Below are positions 1 to 8,528 of a DNA stretch of 33,973 nt, in pieces (position 1 is the stretch's first letter; every line of letters begins with the position of its first letter). The notes beneath the pieces are model-generated. The model did not search any database. It was not told the origin of the DNA and worked only from the letters and a program-made list of their open reading frames with translations. Source of the stretch: Myxococcota bacterium (lineage in GTDB: Bacteria; Myxococcota_A; UBA9160; UBA4427); the NCBI GenBank assembly GCA_036336835.1, contig JAYZFK010000098.1, positions 1-33,973 on the forward strand. Direction: 5' to 3'. Made by a program: the position numbers and the translations under genes.

Positions 1-1478
1 GAGACCTCGAGTGGCCGCGAATGACGCGGCTCGGCGGCGCCGTCGCCCGCGTTCGCCTCGGCGTTCTCAGCCGGCTCGGCTTCGTCGCGCGTGCCGCGCC
101 GTCGCCGCCCGCGACGTCGTCCGCGGCGCCGCGACGACCGGGCGTCGTCACCGACCCGCGGACGCGCGCTCTCCTCGCTGACCGCCGTCTCCAGGCCGTC
201 GGCCTCCGTCGCTTCGGCCGGCTCGACCTTCGGCCTCTCGCGCTCGTCGCGCGACTCGCTCGATCGACCCCGCGGCCCGCGGCGCGAGCGCGACTTGACT
301 GCGCGCTCGATGGCGGCGGCCGACGAGATCTCGGCAAGCTCGAGCCCGCGTGCTCCGCCTCGGATCTCGTAGAGGCTGTGGCCCAGTGAGAGCGCTGCGA
401 GCACCTTGGCCGCAGCCGGCGTGTAGCGCTGCGCCGCCACGGCCAGGCGGGGAGCCGCCAGCCGGAGCGGCGGCTCGGCGTCCGCGAGCAGCAGCGCCAG
501 TACGGGCTGCAGCGCGAGGCCGAGATCGAGCAACTCGCCGATTGCCCCTAGATCGAGCTCCTCGCGCACCGCGACGGCCACAGGATATCCCTGGCCGTCG
601 ATCCCGATCAGGTCCACCACCTCGCGGTCCGAGCCCGCGATCGGCCAGGGCTTCGCCGCGCGCAGGCCCAACGTCTGCACGAGCAGCGGCACACAACGGG
701 CGCGCAGGCCATGCTCGCCCTCGCGGACACGGCGATCGTTGAGGCGCTTGCGCAGCTGGCCTTCGAGCCTGTCGAAGGCAGCGGGCAGATCGTCGCTTGA
801 CAGCCTGACGGTCGATCGCTGCGGCTCGAGCGTCTCGAGCACCGCGCCGTCGTCCGCCCGCAGCTCGGCAACTCGTCGCGCCAGCACCACGAGCTCCAGG
901 GTCGTCGCCGTCCCGCGCAGCGAGCCCCCGTGCTTGCTGGCGAGGCCTTCGAGCGCACTCGCGGCGCGCGCAAACAGCATGCGGTCCTCGAGGTTCGCGA
1001 GCCCCGCCGCAACACGGCCCTTGTCGAGCGGAATTGGCGGCGCCCAGGAGTCGGGCTCGAGCTCGCCCTTGCCATCGGCGAGCTGGGGCGCCGTGATCGC
1101 GCGCAGGCCGAACGGCAGCGTCCCGATGCGCCCGAGCCGCTGCAAACCCGCCACGGTCCAGCTCGGAGCGATGGCCACGGCCTGGCCCGAGAACGGGGCG
1201 CCGTCTTCGCCCTCAGAGGAGAGCGCGGCCGCCAGGGCACCCAGCAGCGCGTCGCTGCCGAGCGGGGCGTAGCTGACGACCAGCGGCGTCCCGTCGGGTC
1301 GTGTGCCGCGTGCGAGAGCGGCGTAGGAATCCGGAACATCCTCGCGCTCGAACGCCTCGAGTTCGCTCGCATCGACGATCCGATGCTCCAGGATCTTGGC
1401 GATCGCGCTGGTTGCGTCGATCGGGTTGCGACCGTCATGCCTGCCCGAACGGCGGCGGCGACTGAAATGCCTTCGCAT
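1..1478 (-). CDS. Hypothetical protein (>=492 aa, runs off the left edge) with a degenerate PD-(D/E)XK/NucS-like motif and an Arg/Glu-rich disordered C-terminal region
   Basis: Absent from the ORF track because there is no stop inside the window. ATG at 1478 is preceded by GGAGGA; the frame is open to position 3 (MRRHFSRRRSGRHDGRNPIDATSAIAKILEHRIV...EVVDLIGIDGQGYPVAVAVREE...SSRRRGRRRGRRRRGTRDEAEPAENAEA). The plus-strand ORFs here are antisense shadows. Confidence 0.85.
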   Translation of the reverse strand, partial: MRRHFSRRRRSGRHDGRNPIDATSAIAKILEHRIVDASELEAFEREDVPDSYAALARGTRPDGTPLVVSYAPLGSDALLGALAAALSSEGEDGAPFSGQAVAIAPSWTVAGLQRLGRIGTLPFGLRAITAPQLADGKGELEPDSWAPPIPLDKGRVAAGLANLEDRMLFARAASALEGLASKHGGSLRGTATTLELVVLARRVAELRADDGAVLETLEPQRSTVRLSSDDLPAAFDRLEGQLRKRLNDRRVREGEHGLRARCVPLLVQTLGLRAAKPWPIAGSDREVVDLIGIDGQGYPVAVAVREELDLGAIGELLDLGLALQPVLALLLADAEPPLRLAAPRLAVAAQRYTPAAAKVLAALSLGHSLYEIRGGARGLELAEISSAAAIERAVKSRSRRGPRGRSSESRDERERPKVEPAEATEADGLETAVSEESARPRVGDDARSSRRRGRRRGRRRRGTRDEAEPAENAEANAGDGAAEPRHSRPLEV

Positions 1479-1543
1479 GCTTCCTCCGCGGGTCCTTGCC
1501 CGCAACGACTCGAGGGCGCCACTCGACGGCGGCACCTTGCTTC

Positions 1544-1879
1544 CTAGTCCATCCCCACGTCGACGGCCACCAGGGCCAGCCGACCGTTCTCGACCAGACT
1601 CGCCGTGGCATCGAGCACCACGCGCTGCAGCTCGGAGAACAGCCGGTCCTGGGCGACCGCCGTAGCCACGTATTCCTTGTGCTTCGCGAAGTCCAGCAGG
1701 ATCCCGCCGATCAGCTTGCGATCCGACAGCGTGTGCTTGACCAGGCGGTTCCATCGATCGAGCGGCACCGAAACCTCGAGCTCCGGAAGTGCCTCCGACT
1801 GCGCCTCGCGCAGCAGCGCAATCGACACCTCGTCGCGAGCGAGTCGGATCTCCCAGAATCGACCTTGCGCCAGCAACAA
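1544..1879 (-). CDS. Hypothetical protein, 111 aa
   Basis: TTG start preceded by AGGAGG; natural globular composition; co-oriented within the operon. Confidence 0.8.
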   Translation of the reverse strand: MLLAQGRFWEIRLARDEVSIALLREAQSEALPELEVSVPLDRWNRLVKHTLSDRKLIGGILLDFAKHKEYVATAVAQDRLFSELQRVVLDATASLVENGRLALVAVDVGMD

Positions 1880-1899
1880 CGTCGCCTCCTAGCGCCCCA

Positions 1900-3084
1900 T
1901 CAGGGCTTCACCAGCAGCGACGCTTCGTCGTCGCCCGGCTCTTCGGCCTGGTCGGGGCTCTCTTCGAACAGCCGACGGAACCACACATCGACGAAGGCCA
2001 GCGCGATTGGATTGTCCGCCGGACCTGCCTCCAACGCGGCCGCTCCATCGAGACAGTCACGCGCATCCTGGTCACGCTCCGATCGCCACAACACGAAGGC
2101 CGTCTCGCGCAAACGATTGGCGGTCGCCCGCGCAAAGCTTTCGTCGAACACATCGGCGGCGACTCCCGCGAATAGCTGGCGCCGACGCTCCTGCTGTACC
2201 GCCCCCGAAACGATCAGCGTCCCCTCCCTGCCCTCGCTGATCACCTCCGACGCGCGGCGCAGCGTGTCGAGAGCCGGCGGCCACGGACCGATCTCACCCT
2301 CGCGAACTCGTCCGGCCAGTCGATCCAGCCGCTCGGCACTGGCCGTGCCGTCGCTCCCGAGCGCATCGACGACCTGCTCGCCTGGCGTCGCGCTGGCCGC
2401 CTCGAGCTGGAGCTGCGCTCGGTGCTCGATGAAGGCGCGCGGTTCGGGTCGATCGGTCGGCTGGCGCTGGGCGGCGCGCACCAACAGCGCCCGCACGGCA
2501 TCCGGCTCGATCGCGACCATCGCGGCATTCGCGCGTCCGGCAAGCTCGCGCAGGAACTTGCGCGCCTTGCTGCGCCCGGTGTCGTAGACCCGGAACTCGA
2601 CGATGCCGCGCGTGTCATCGAGCAGCCCCTCGTAAATGCGCACCCCCCCCGCCGCATGGGACATCACCAGGTAGGCCATGCGCGAGCCGCGCGGATCGAT
2701 CGGCGAGACCACCGCTGCCTCGATCGATTCATCGATCTCCGGCAGCCGGACAATCCCGGCGGAGGGTTGCACCGGCTTCACCTCGAGGCCGCGCGAACGC
2801 AGGCGATGGAGTGCCCTGCGCAGGGCCTTGCGGCCCGGCTTGGCGAGGCCCGCAGAATCGAGAGACTGGAGCGGGGTCGCGCCGAGGTCGCTCTCCGACC
2901 AGGCCAGCGCCAGCTCCTCTCCGGCGACGATCTCATTCGAGAGCAGCCAGGCGAGCACCTCGCACGAGGCGCCGGGCGAGAGGGTCTCGAGCAGGCGATC
3001 GGGGTCACCGTTGGCATCGCGCACCGTATCGGCGTGCTGGGCGAGCTCGCTGGCGGCGCGTTCGAGTGCGTCCGGAAGACTCAT
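1900..3084 (-). CDS. Hypothetical protein, about 394 aa, largely helical
   Basis: ATG at 3084 overlaps the cutA stop (ATGA coupling); MSLPDALERAA... has normal composition, whereas the upstream extension in the ORF track is the cutA shadow. Confidence 0.85.
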   Translation of the reverse strand: MSLPDALERAASELAQHADTVRDANGDPDRLLETLSPGASCEVLAWLLSNEIVAGEELALAWSESDLGATPLQSLDSAGLAKPGRKALRRALHRLRSRGLEVKPVQPSAGIVRLPEIDESIEAAVVSPIDPRGSRMAYLVMSHAAGGVRIYEGLLDDTRGIVEFRVYDTGRSKARKFLRELAGRANAAMVAIEPDAVRALLVRAAQRQPTDRPEPRAFIEHRAQLQLEAASATPGEQVVDALGSDGTASAERLDRLAGRVREGEIGPWPPALDTLRRASEVISEGREGTLIVSGAVQQERRRQLFAGVAADVFDESFARATANRLRETAFVLWRSERDQDARDCLDGAAALEAGPADNPIALAFVDVWFRRLFEESPDQAEEPGDDEASLLVKP

Positions 3085-3425
3085 GTCGACTCCGCGCAAA
3101 CCCACGCGAGGTAGGCAGCACTGCCGCCCGCGGCCGACAGCGCCAGTGTTTCCGGAAGATCGTAGGGGTGGAGCTCGCGCACGCGCTGCGAGAGCGCAGC
3201 AACCCGGTCGTGCTGGGTCTTGGCCACGAGCAGGACCTCCTCGTCTTCCTCGATCTCTCCTTGCCAGCGATAGATCGAGCGGACCCCCGGAACCAGATTC
3301 ACACACGCTGCCAGCCGTTCGCCAACGAGTGCCCGCGCCAGCTCGCGAGCGACACGCTCGGGGGCTGTCACCAGCACGACCCGCACACCGCCGCCGGCAT
3401 CGGTCGTCTCATCAGAGGGGCTCAT
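3081..3425 (-). CDS. cutA: Divalent-cation tolerance protein CutA
   Basis: VVLVTAP, LVGERLAACVN, SIYRWQG, HPYDLPE and YLAWV are CutA1 family motifs; the start overlaps the dGTPase 3' end. Confidence 0.93.
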   Translation of the reverse strand: MSPSDETTDAGGGVRVVLVTAPERVARELARALVGERLAACVNLVPGVRSIYRWQGEIEEDEEVLLVAKTQHDRVAALSQRVRELHPYDLPETLALSAAGGSAAYLAWVCAEST

Positions 3426-4563
3426 TGGGATCCAACAGCGCGCGACGCTGGGACATCGCATAGCGATCCGTCATGCAGGCAATGTGGTCGGCGATGGCCC
3501 GTTCCGCCCCCTCGTCCTCGAGCCGCGCGAACACGTTTGCCGGCAGTAGCCCCGGCTCTTCACAGTAGGTGCGAAACAGATCGCCAACGACCCGCTCGGC
3601 CTTGCGTGTCATGCGCAGCACCTTCGGGTGCTGATAGAAGTTCTCGAGCAGGAAGCGCTTGAGGGCGAGTTTGGCTTGCTCGCACTCGCGCGAAAAGCCG
3701 ACCAGACGCGTGGCGTGCTCGCGCGCCGCTTGGGACGAGGCGGGGTCCGCCTCGCTCAGCTGAACCGCGCTGGTTTCGATCGCATCGCTCACGAGCCCAT
3801 CGATCATCGTGACGATGGTCTGCTGCCGACGCACCTCCGGAGTCGCCTTGGGCATGCGCTCGTCCACGCGCGCCGCGGCCTCGCGCCAGAGCGTGAAGGG
3901 CGCGAGCTGATCGATGGACAGCACTCCCTCCCGCAGCCCGTCGTCGACGTCGTGGTTGATGTAGGCAATCTCGTCGGACAGGTCGGCGACCTGGGCCTCG
4001 AGCGCGACCTGGGCCTCGAGCGGCGGCAGCGGCACCGGATGACTCCAGGCCGCACCGTGCTTGAGCATCCCGGCGCGAGTGTCACCCGTCAGATTGATCC
4101 CGCGGAAGTCGGGGTAGCGACGTTCGATCCAGTCGACGACGCGCAGGCTCTGGCGGTTGTGATCGAAGCCGCCGTGGTCCTTCATTCGCTCGGCCAGGAC
4201 TCGTTCACCCGCGTGTCCGAACGGGGTGTGACCGAGGTCGTGGGCCAGCGCCACGGCCTCCGCCAGATCCTCGTTCAGTCGCAGGGCCCGCGCGATCGTG
4301 CGCGCGATCTGCGCCCCCTCGAGGGTGTGGGTCAGTCGATTGCGGTAGTGGTCACCCTCGTGGTGGACGAATACCTGTGTCTTGTACTCGAGACGCCGGA
4401 AGGCGCGGGCGTGGATCACACGGTCGCGATCGCGCTGAAAATCGGTTCGATACGGATGCGGGAGCTCCTCGACCACGCGTGGCAGGCGGTCCACGCTGCG
4501 CGTCGCGAACCGGGCCAGCCGCTCGGTCTCTTCCCGCTCGTACTCCTCGCGGGTCCGCACCAC
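3412..4563 (-). CDS. dgt: Deoxyguanosinetriphosphate triphosphohydrolase (HD-family dNTPase)
   Basis: RTDFQRDRDR, FRRLEYKTQV, RLTHTLE, AHDLGHTPFGHAGE and SDEIAYINHDVDD motifs. Start is uncertain among 4569, 4563 and 4560. Confidence 0.95.
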   Translation of the reverse strand: MVRTREEYEREETERLARFATRSVDRLPRVVEELPHPYRTDFQRDRDRVIHARAFRRLEYKTQVFVHHEGDHYRNRLTHTLEGAQIARTIARALRLNEDLAEAVALAHDLGHTPFGHAGERVLAERMKDHGGFDHNRQSLRVVDWIERRYPDFRGINLTGDTRAGMLKHGAAWSHPVPLPPLEAQVALEAQVADLSDEIAYINHDVDDGLREGVLSIDQLAPFTLWREAAARVDERMPKATPEVRRQQTIVTMIDGLVSDAIETSAVQLSEADPASSQAAREHATRLVGFSRECEQAKLALKRFLLENFYQHPKVLRMTRKAERVVGDLFRTYCEEPGLLPANVFARLEDEGAERAIADHIACMTDRYAMSQRRALLDPNEPL

Positions 4564-4565
4564 AC

Positions 4566-4736
4566 TCAACGCTCTTCCCCCGACTCCCGCAGCAGCTCGC
4601 GCAGCCCGGCGCGCGAGCGCTCGTCGATTTCTTCTGCCTGCAAACGAACCTCTCCGGCGAAGACACCGGTCAGCAGCGCGTAGATCGCGGCCAGGGCGAT
4701 TCCGAGCCCCAGCACCGCAACGAGCCACGGACGCAC
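4566..4736 (-). CDS. Small single-pass membrane protein, about 56 aa
   Basis: GGAGG upstream of GTG 4736; hydrophobic WLVAVLGLGIALAAIYALLTGVFA followed by charged EEIDERSRAGLRELLRE; the stop abuts the dgt start. Confidence 0.7.
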   Translation of the reverse strand: MRPWLVAVLGLGIALAAIYALLTGVFAGEVRLQAEEIDERSRAGLRELLRESGEER

Positions 4737-4777
4737 CCCACGAACCTCCAGCCCACGTTCAATGGCCACGAACACTC

Positions 4778-4866
4778 AAAAAAACGAGGGGAACCTGCCG
4801 CAGGCGCCGCCGGCGTCGCGCGGCTGGACGCTCGGCGCCCTCGTTCGACCCGGGGGGACAGAGCCC
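4778..4866 (-). ncRNA. Candidate structured leader or small RNA ending in a U7 tract
   Basis: Lies directly downstream of a TTGACA/TACCCT promoter; nested stems AACGAGGG/CCCUCGUU, GGCGCCG/CGGCGCC and GCGUC/GACGC ending in a U7 tract (+ strand A 4778-4784). Confidence 0.45.
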
Positions 4867-4870
4867 GACC

Positions 4871-4900
4871 AGGGTAGGCCAGTGCGCGCGGGAGTGTCAA
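4871..4900 (-). promoter_or_regulatory. Sigma70-type promoter TTGACA-N18-TACCCT for the dgt operon leader
   Basis: Perfect -35 at 4895-4900 and TANNNT -10 at 4871-4876 on the minus strand. Confidence 0.7.
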
Positions 4901-4976
4901 CGCGGGCTTCCCGCATGTCCTCGATTCCTGGTGATTTTTCGGGATCGGATGGACCTTGGAGCTACCCTCGCGCGAA

Positions 4977-6089
4977 ATGTCGATCGCTACCCCGACCGGT
5001 GAACGGGTGCTTCTCGGACCCGGCCCGTCCAATGTGCCTGCGCGTGTACGCGAGGCGATGGCACGCCCACTGCTCGGACACCTCGACCCGACCTTCCTCA
5101 CCATCCTGGACGAGGTGCAGCAGCAGCTGGCTGAGCTCTTTGGCGTGTCGTCGGGCCTGACGCTGCCGATCTCGGCGACCGGCAGCGCTGGTATGGAGGC
5201 CTGTCTGGTCAACCTGCTCGAGCCGGGCGATCGCATCGTCGCCGGCATCGCCGGCGTCTTCGGCGGCCGGATGAGCGAGGTGGCCTCCCGCGCGGGTGCC
5301 GAAGTCACACGCGTCGAGACCGAATGGGGCACGATCCTCGAACCGCGTGCGATGATCGAGGCAATCGAGCGAACTCGCCCCAAAGTGGTTGCCTTCGTCC
5401 ACGCCGAGACCTCGACCGGCGTGCACCAGCCGGTCGAGGCGATCGCCGCCGCTGCGCGCGAGGTCGGGGCGCTGGTAGTTCTCGACTGCGTGACGTCGCT
5501 CGGGGGCCTGCCGATCGATCTTCCAGCTTGGCAGGTGGACGTTGCCTACAGCGGCACACAGAAGTGCCTGTCGGTGCCACCCGGCCTGTCCCCAGTCCAC
5601 TTCTCGGAGCGTGCACTAGCAACCGTGCGCGCACGGCGCGTGCCTGTCCAGAGCTGGTTCCTCGACGTCACGCTGCTCGCGGACTACTACGGCGGCGAGC
5701 GCATCTATCACCACACGGCGCCCGTCAGCGCGATCTTTGGGCTCGCCGAAGGGCTCAGGATCGTCGCCGAGGAGGGGCTGGACAAACGTGCGGCCCGCCA
5801 CCGCGAGGCGGCCCACGCCCTGGTGGAGGGGCTCGCCGAATTCGGCTTCGAGCCGCTGGTACCGGCAGCCCATCGGCTGCCCATGCTCACCTCGGTCCTG
5901 CTACCCGAGGCGGTCGTCGGGCGCGGCGAGGAGGCGCTCCGCGCGCGCTTGCTGAATACCCACGAGATCGAGGTCGGCGCGGGCCTTGGCGTGCTCGCCG
6001 GTCGCATCTGGCGCATCGGACTGATGGGCGAGAACGCTCGGACGAGCCACGTCGACCGACTGCTCGAAGCCCTGCGCGCCGAGCTCTGA
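4977..6089 (+). CDS. Class V PLP aminotransferase (alanine-glyoxylate/serine-pyruvate type)
   Basis: LLGPGPSNVP, SATGSAGMEA, VHAETSTGV, DCVTSLGG, PLP lysine in SGTQKCLSVPPG, YHHT and WRIGLMG. Confidence 0.93.
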   Translation: MSIATPTGERVLLGPGPSNVPARVREAMARPLLGHLDPTFLTILDEVQQQLAELFGVSSGLTLPISATGSAGMEACLVNLLEPGDRIVAGIAGVFGGRMSEVASRAGAEVTRVETEWGTILEPRAMIEAIERTRPKVVAFVHAETSTGVHQPVEAIAAAAREVGALVVLDCVTSLGGLPIDLPAWQVDVAYSGTQKCLSVPPGLSPVHFSERALATVRARRVPVQSWFLDVTLLADYYGGERIYHHTAPVSAIFGLAEGLRIVAEEGLDKRAARHREAAHALVEGLAEFGFEPLVPAAHRLPMLTSVLLPEAVVGRGEEALRARLLNTHEIEVGAGLGVLAGRIWRIGLMGENARTSHVDRLLEALRAEL

Positions 6090-6125
6090 GCTTCCCGCCC
6101 TGCCCCGCCGGGCGAGACACGCGGC

Positions 6126-6872
6126 TCAGCTGCCGAGCGTCGAGCGGAACAGCTCGAATGTGCGACTCCAGGCGTCGGCCGCGGACTCGGCGTGGTAGCT
6201 CGCGCGCTGATCGCAGTGAAACCCGTGATCCGCGTCGTCGTAGACGAAGACCTCGTGACGCCCCCCGCTGTCGGCCAGGGCCTGCCGGATCGCGGCCACC
6301 TGATCCGGCGGGATCATGGCGTCCTGTCCCCCGAAGTAGCAGTGGACCCGTCCTCGGATCCGGCCGCTTCGTCCCACCGTCGACACTGCGCCGCCCGGCC
6401 CCTGCGGCGCCGCGATCCCACCACCGTAGTAGCTGGCTGCGGCGGCGACATCCGTCTCGCACGCGGTGAGGTAGGTCATGTGGCCGCCGATGCAGAAGCC
6501 CATGCAGCCTAGCTTGCCCGTCACGTCGTCGCGCCCGCGCAGCGCTGCGACTGCTGCGTTGGCGTCGGCGATCATCTGATCGGCCTGGAGTTGGCCGAGG
6601 TGCTTCATGCCCTCGCCCATTCCGGCGTCGTCGTAGCCCAGCTCGATGCCTGGCCCCGTGCGGTGAAAGTAGTCGGGCGCAAGCGCTACGTAGCCTTCGC
6701 GCGCGACGCGCTCGGTGACGTCGCGAATGTGCGCGTTCACCCCGAAGATCTCCATGTAGACGACCACACCCGGATACGGCCCACCGGCTGCGGGCCGCGC
6801 CAGGTAGGCACCCATGAGGTCGGACCCGACCGGGATCTCCAGCTGCTCGGTCGTAATCTCCAGCTCGGCCAT
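6126..6872 (-). CDS. Dienelactone hydrolase family protein
   Basis: EIFGVN, nucleophile GFCIGG, SYYGG, D in GGQDAMIP and HGF; AGGAG RBS. Confidence 0.93.
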   Translation of the reverse strand: MAELEITTEQLEIPVGSDLMGAYLARPAAGGPYPGVVVYMEIFGVNAHIRDVTERVAREGYVALAPDYFHRTGPGIELGYDDAGMGEGMKHLGQLQADQMIADANAAVAALRGRDDVTGKLGCMGFCIGGHMTYLTACETDVAAAASYYGGGIAAPQGPGGAVSTVGRSGRIRGRVHCYFGGQDAMIPPDQVAAIRQALADSGGRHEVFVYDDADHGFHCDQRASYHAESAADAWSRTFELFRSTLGS

Positions 6873-6898
6873 TGGTTTCCTCCTTCGTTTGGCACGGT

Positions 6899-7474
6899 TC
6901 AGCTGTGAAGGCGCACCTGCGCCGACGGAATCTCGAGGATCTCCGCCTCGCGTCGAGCGAGCTCGCCGAGTCGCTGGCGGACGTTGCCGGGCGGCGCGAG
7001 TTGCTGCGCGAGCTCGACGTACGTGTGGTGATGTCGCGCTTCGCAGCCGAGCAGGTCGCTGTACATGCGGACCAGTTCGCCGTCTTCGAGCGTCTCGGAG
7101 AGCAGGCGAAAACGCTCACAGCTGCGCGCCTCGATCAAAGCGGACACGAGCAGCAGATCTACCAGCTGGTGTGGCTCCTCGGCTCGCACCAGCTGGCGGA
7201 GGCGTCCCCCGTAGGCGCTCGGCTTCTGACGTCCAAAGGCGATCGCGCGCGTTTCGAGCAGTGTGAGCACGCGCTGGAAGTGCGCAAGCTCCTCTCGCGC
7301 CAACTCTGTCATCGGATACTGCAGGAAGCCGTGCTCCGGGTAGCGGAACAGCATGCGCACGGCCGCCCCCGCAGCCTTCTTCTCACAGTGCGCGTGGTCG
7401 AGGAGCACGTCCCCGATGCGGGAGGAGGCGCGCCGGACCCACTCCCTCGAGGTCTCGGAGGCGAGATTCAACAC
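6899..7474 (-). CDS. miaE: tRNA-(ms2io6A) hydroxylase MiaE (ferritin-like diiron)
   Basis: LLDHAHCEKKAA, AREELAHF, IEARSCERF and EARHH diiron motifs; GTG start at 7474. Confidence 0.92.
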   Translation of the reverse strand: MLNLASETSREWVRRASSRIGDVLLDHAHCEKKAAGAAVRMLFRYPEHGFLQYPMTELAREELAHFQRVLTLLETRAIAFGRQKPSAYGGRLRQLVRAEEPHQLVDLLLVSALIEARSCERFRLLSETLEDGELVRMYSDLLGCEARHHHTYVELAQQLAPPGNVRQRLGELARREAEILEIPSAQVRLHS

Positions 7475-7544
7475 GGGCGAGGAGTCTACCGCGCCGCGAC
7501 GGGCTGCGGGCCCTGCACTGCGACGCCGGGCTAGACTTCGTGCG

Positions 7545-8528
7545 ATGCGGACCCAGCGGCTCGGAAGTAGTGGCCTGCAGGTCAGCGCGATCTCGCTCGG
7601 CTCCTGGCTGACCTTCGGCGAGTCGGTCGGCGTCGGGGCGACGCGCGAGCTGATCGCACACGCGCGCGACCTCGGCGTCAACCTGTTCGACACGGCGGAC
7701 GTGTACGCCAACGGGCAGGCGGAGCTGGCACTCGGCGCCGCTCTGGCGGGGGTGGCCCGCAACCAGGTGGTGATCGCGACCAAGTGCTTCTTTCCGACCT
7801 CGGAGGAGGCAAACGACCGCGGGCTGTCGCGCAAGCACCTGGTCGAGAGCGTCGAGGGCTCGCTGCGGCGACTGGGAACCGACTATCTCGACCTGCACCA
7901 ATGCCACCGCTTCGACCCCGACACCCCGCTCGAGGAGACCGTCCGCGCCTACGAAGACCTGATTCGACAGGGCAAGCTGCTCTATTGGGGCACGTCGCTC
8001 TGGAGCCGCGAGCAGATCACCGCCGCCTGCGAGATCGCGAAGGCAACCGGCGGGTACGCGCCGGTATCGAACCAGCCCGTGTACTCCCTGCTTCGCCGCG
8101 AGATCGAGCTCGACGTCCTGCCCGGCTGTCGCGAGCTCGGAATCGGGCAGATCGTGTTCAGCCCCCTCGCCCAGGGCGCACTGACTGGCAAGTACAGCGG
8201 CGGGCGCCGTCCCCCGGGCAGCCGGGCCAGTGACGCGCGGCTCGGACGGTTCATGCAGCGCTACCTCGCGAGCGAAACCCTGGAACGCATCGATGCGCTC
8301 CAGCCGCTCGCCAGCGAGCTCGACGTCTCGCTGGCGGAGCTCGCCCTCGCCTGGTGTCTGCACGAGCCCGGCGTGTCGAGTGTGATCGTCGGCGCGACGA
8401 ATAAAAAGCAGCTGGAGCAGAACTGCCGCGCTGCCGATCTCCAGCTTCCCTCGGACGCGTCGAAGCGGATCGACGAGCTATTCGCTCCGGGCACCGAATC
8501 CCTGCCACCCGATCCCGATACACCGTGA
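7545..8528 (+). CDS. Aldo/keto reductase (Kv-beta/YghZ-like subfamily)
   Basis: LGSSGLQVSAISLGSW, FDTADVY, IATKCF, RGLSRKH, DYLDLHQCHRFD and SPLAQGALTGKY. Confidence 0.93.
   Translation: MRTQRLGSSGLQVSAISLGSWLTFGESVGVGATRELIAHARDLGVNLFDTADVYANGQAELALGAALAGVARNQVVIATKCFFPTSEEANDRGLSRKHLVESVEGSLRRLGTDYLDLHQCHRFDPDTPLEETVRAYEDLIRQGKLLYWGTSLWSREQITAACEIAKATGGYAPVSNQPVYSLLRREIELDVLPGCRELGIGQIVFSPLAQGALTGKYSGGRRPPGSRASDARLGRFMQRYLASETLERIDALQPLASELDVSLAELALAWCLHEPGVSSVIVGATNKKQLEQNCRAADLQLPSDASKRIDELFAPGTESLPPDPDTP

Noticed and set aside
21..1547. Plus-strand ORFs (21-389, 739-1272, 930-1547) and minus ORFs 148-696 and 608-1522
   Set aside because: Antisense or off-frame shadows of the real minus-strand gene starting at 1478, as is typical of high-GC DNA.
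3412..4563. dGTPase as an anti-phage defence gene
   Set aside because: It looks like the short housekeeping type, is coupled to cutA, has host-like composition, and has no defence or mobile genes nearby.
4778..4866. Assignment of the leader RNA to SRP RNA, ykkC (ppGpp/PRPP) or guanidine-III riboswitches
   Set aside because: Only short resemblances (GGGCUCUG start; GCGGCAGGUUCC end; ACGAGG-GCGCCG...CGGCGC). The SRP CAGG-GNRA-AGCA core, the ykkC UAGGGUUCCG/AUAAAAG elements and the guanidine-III P1 pairing are all missing.
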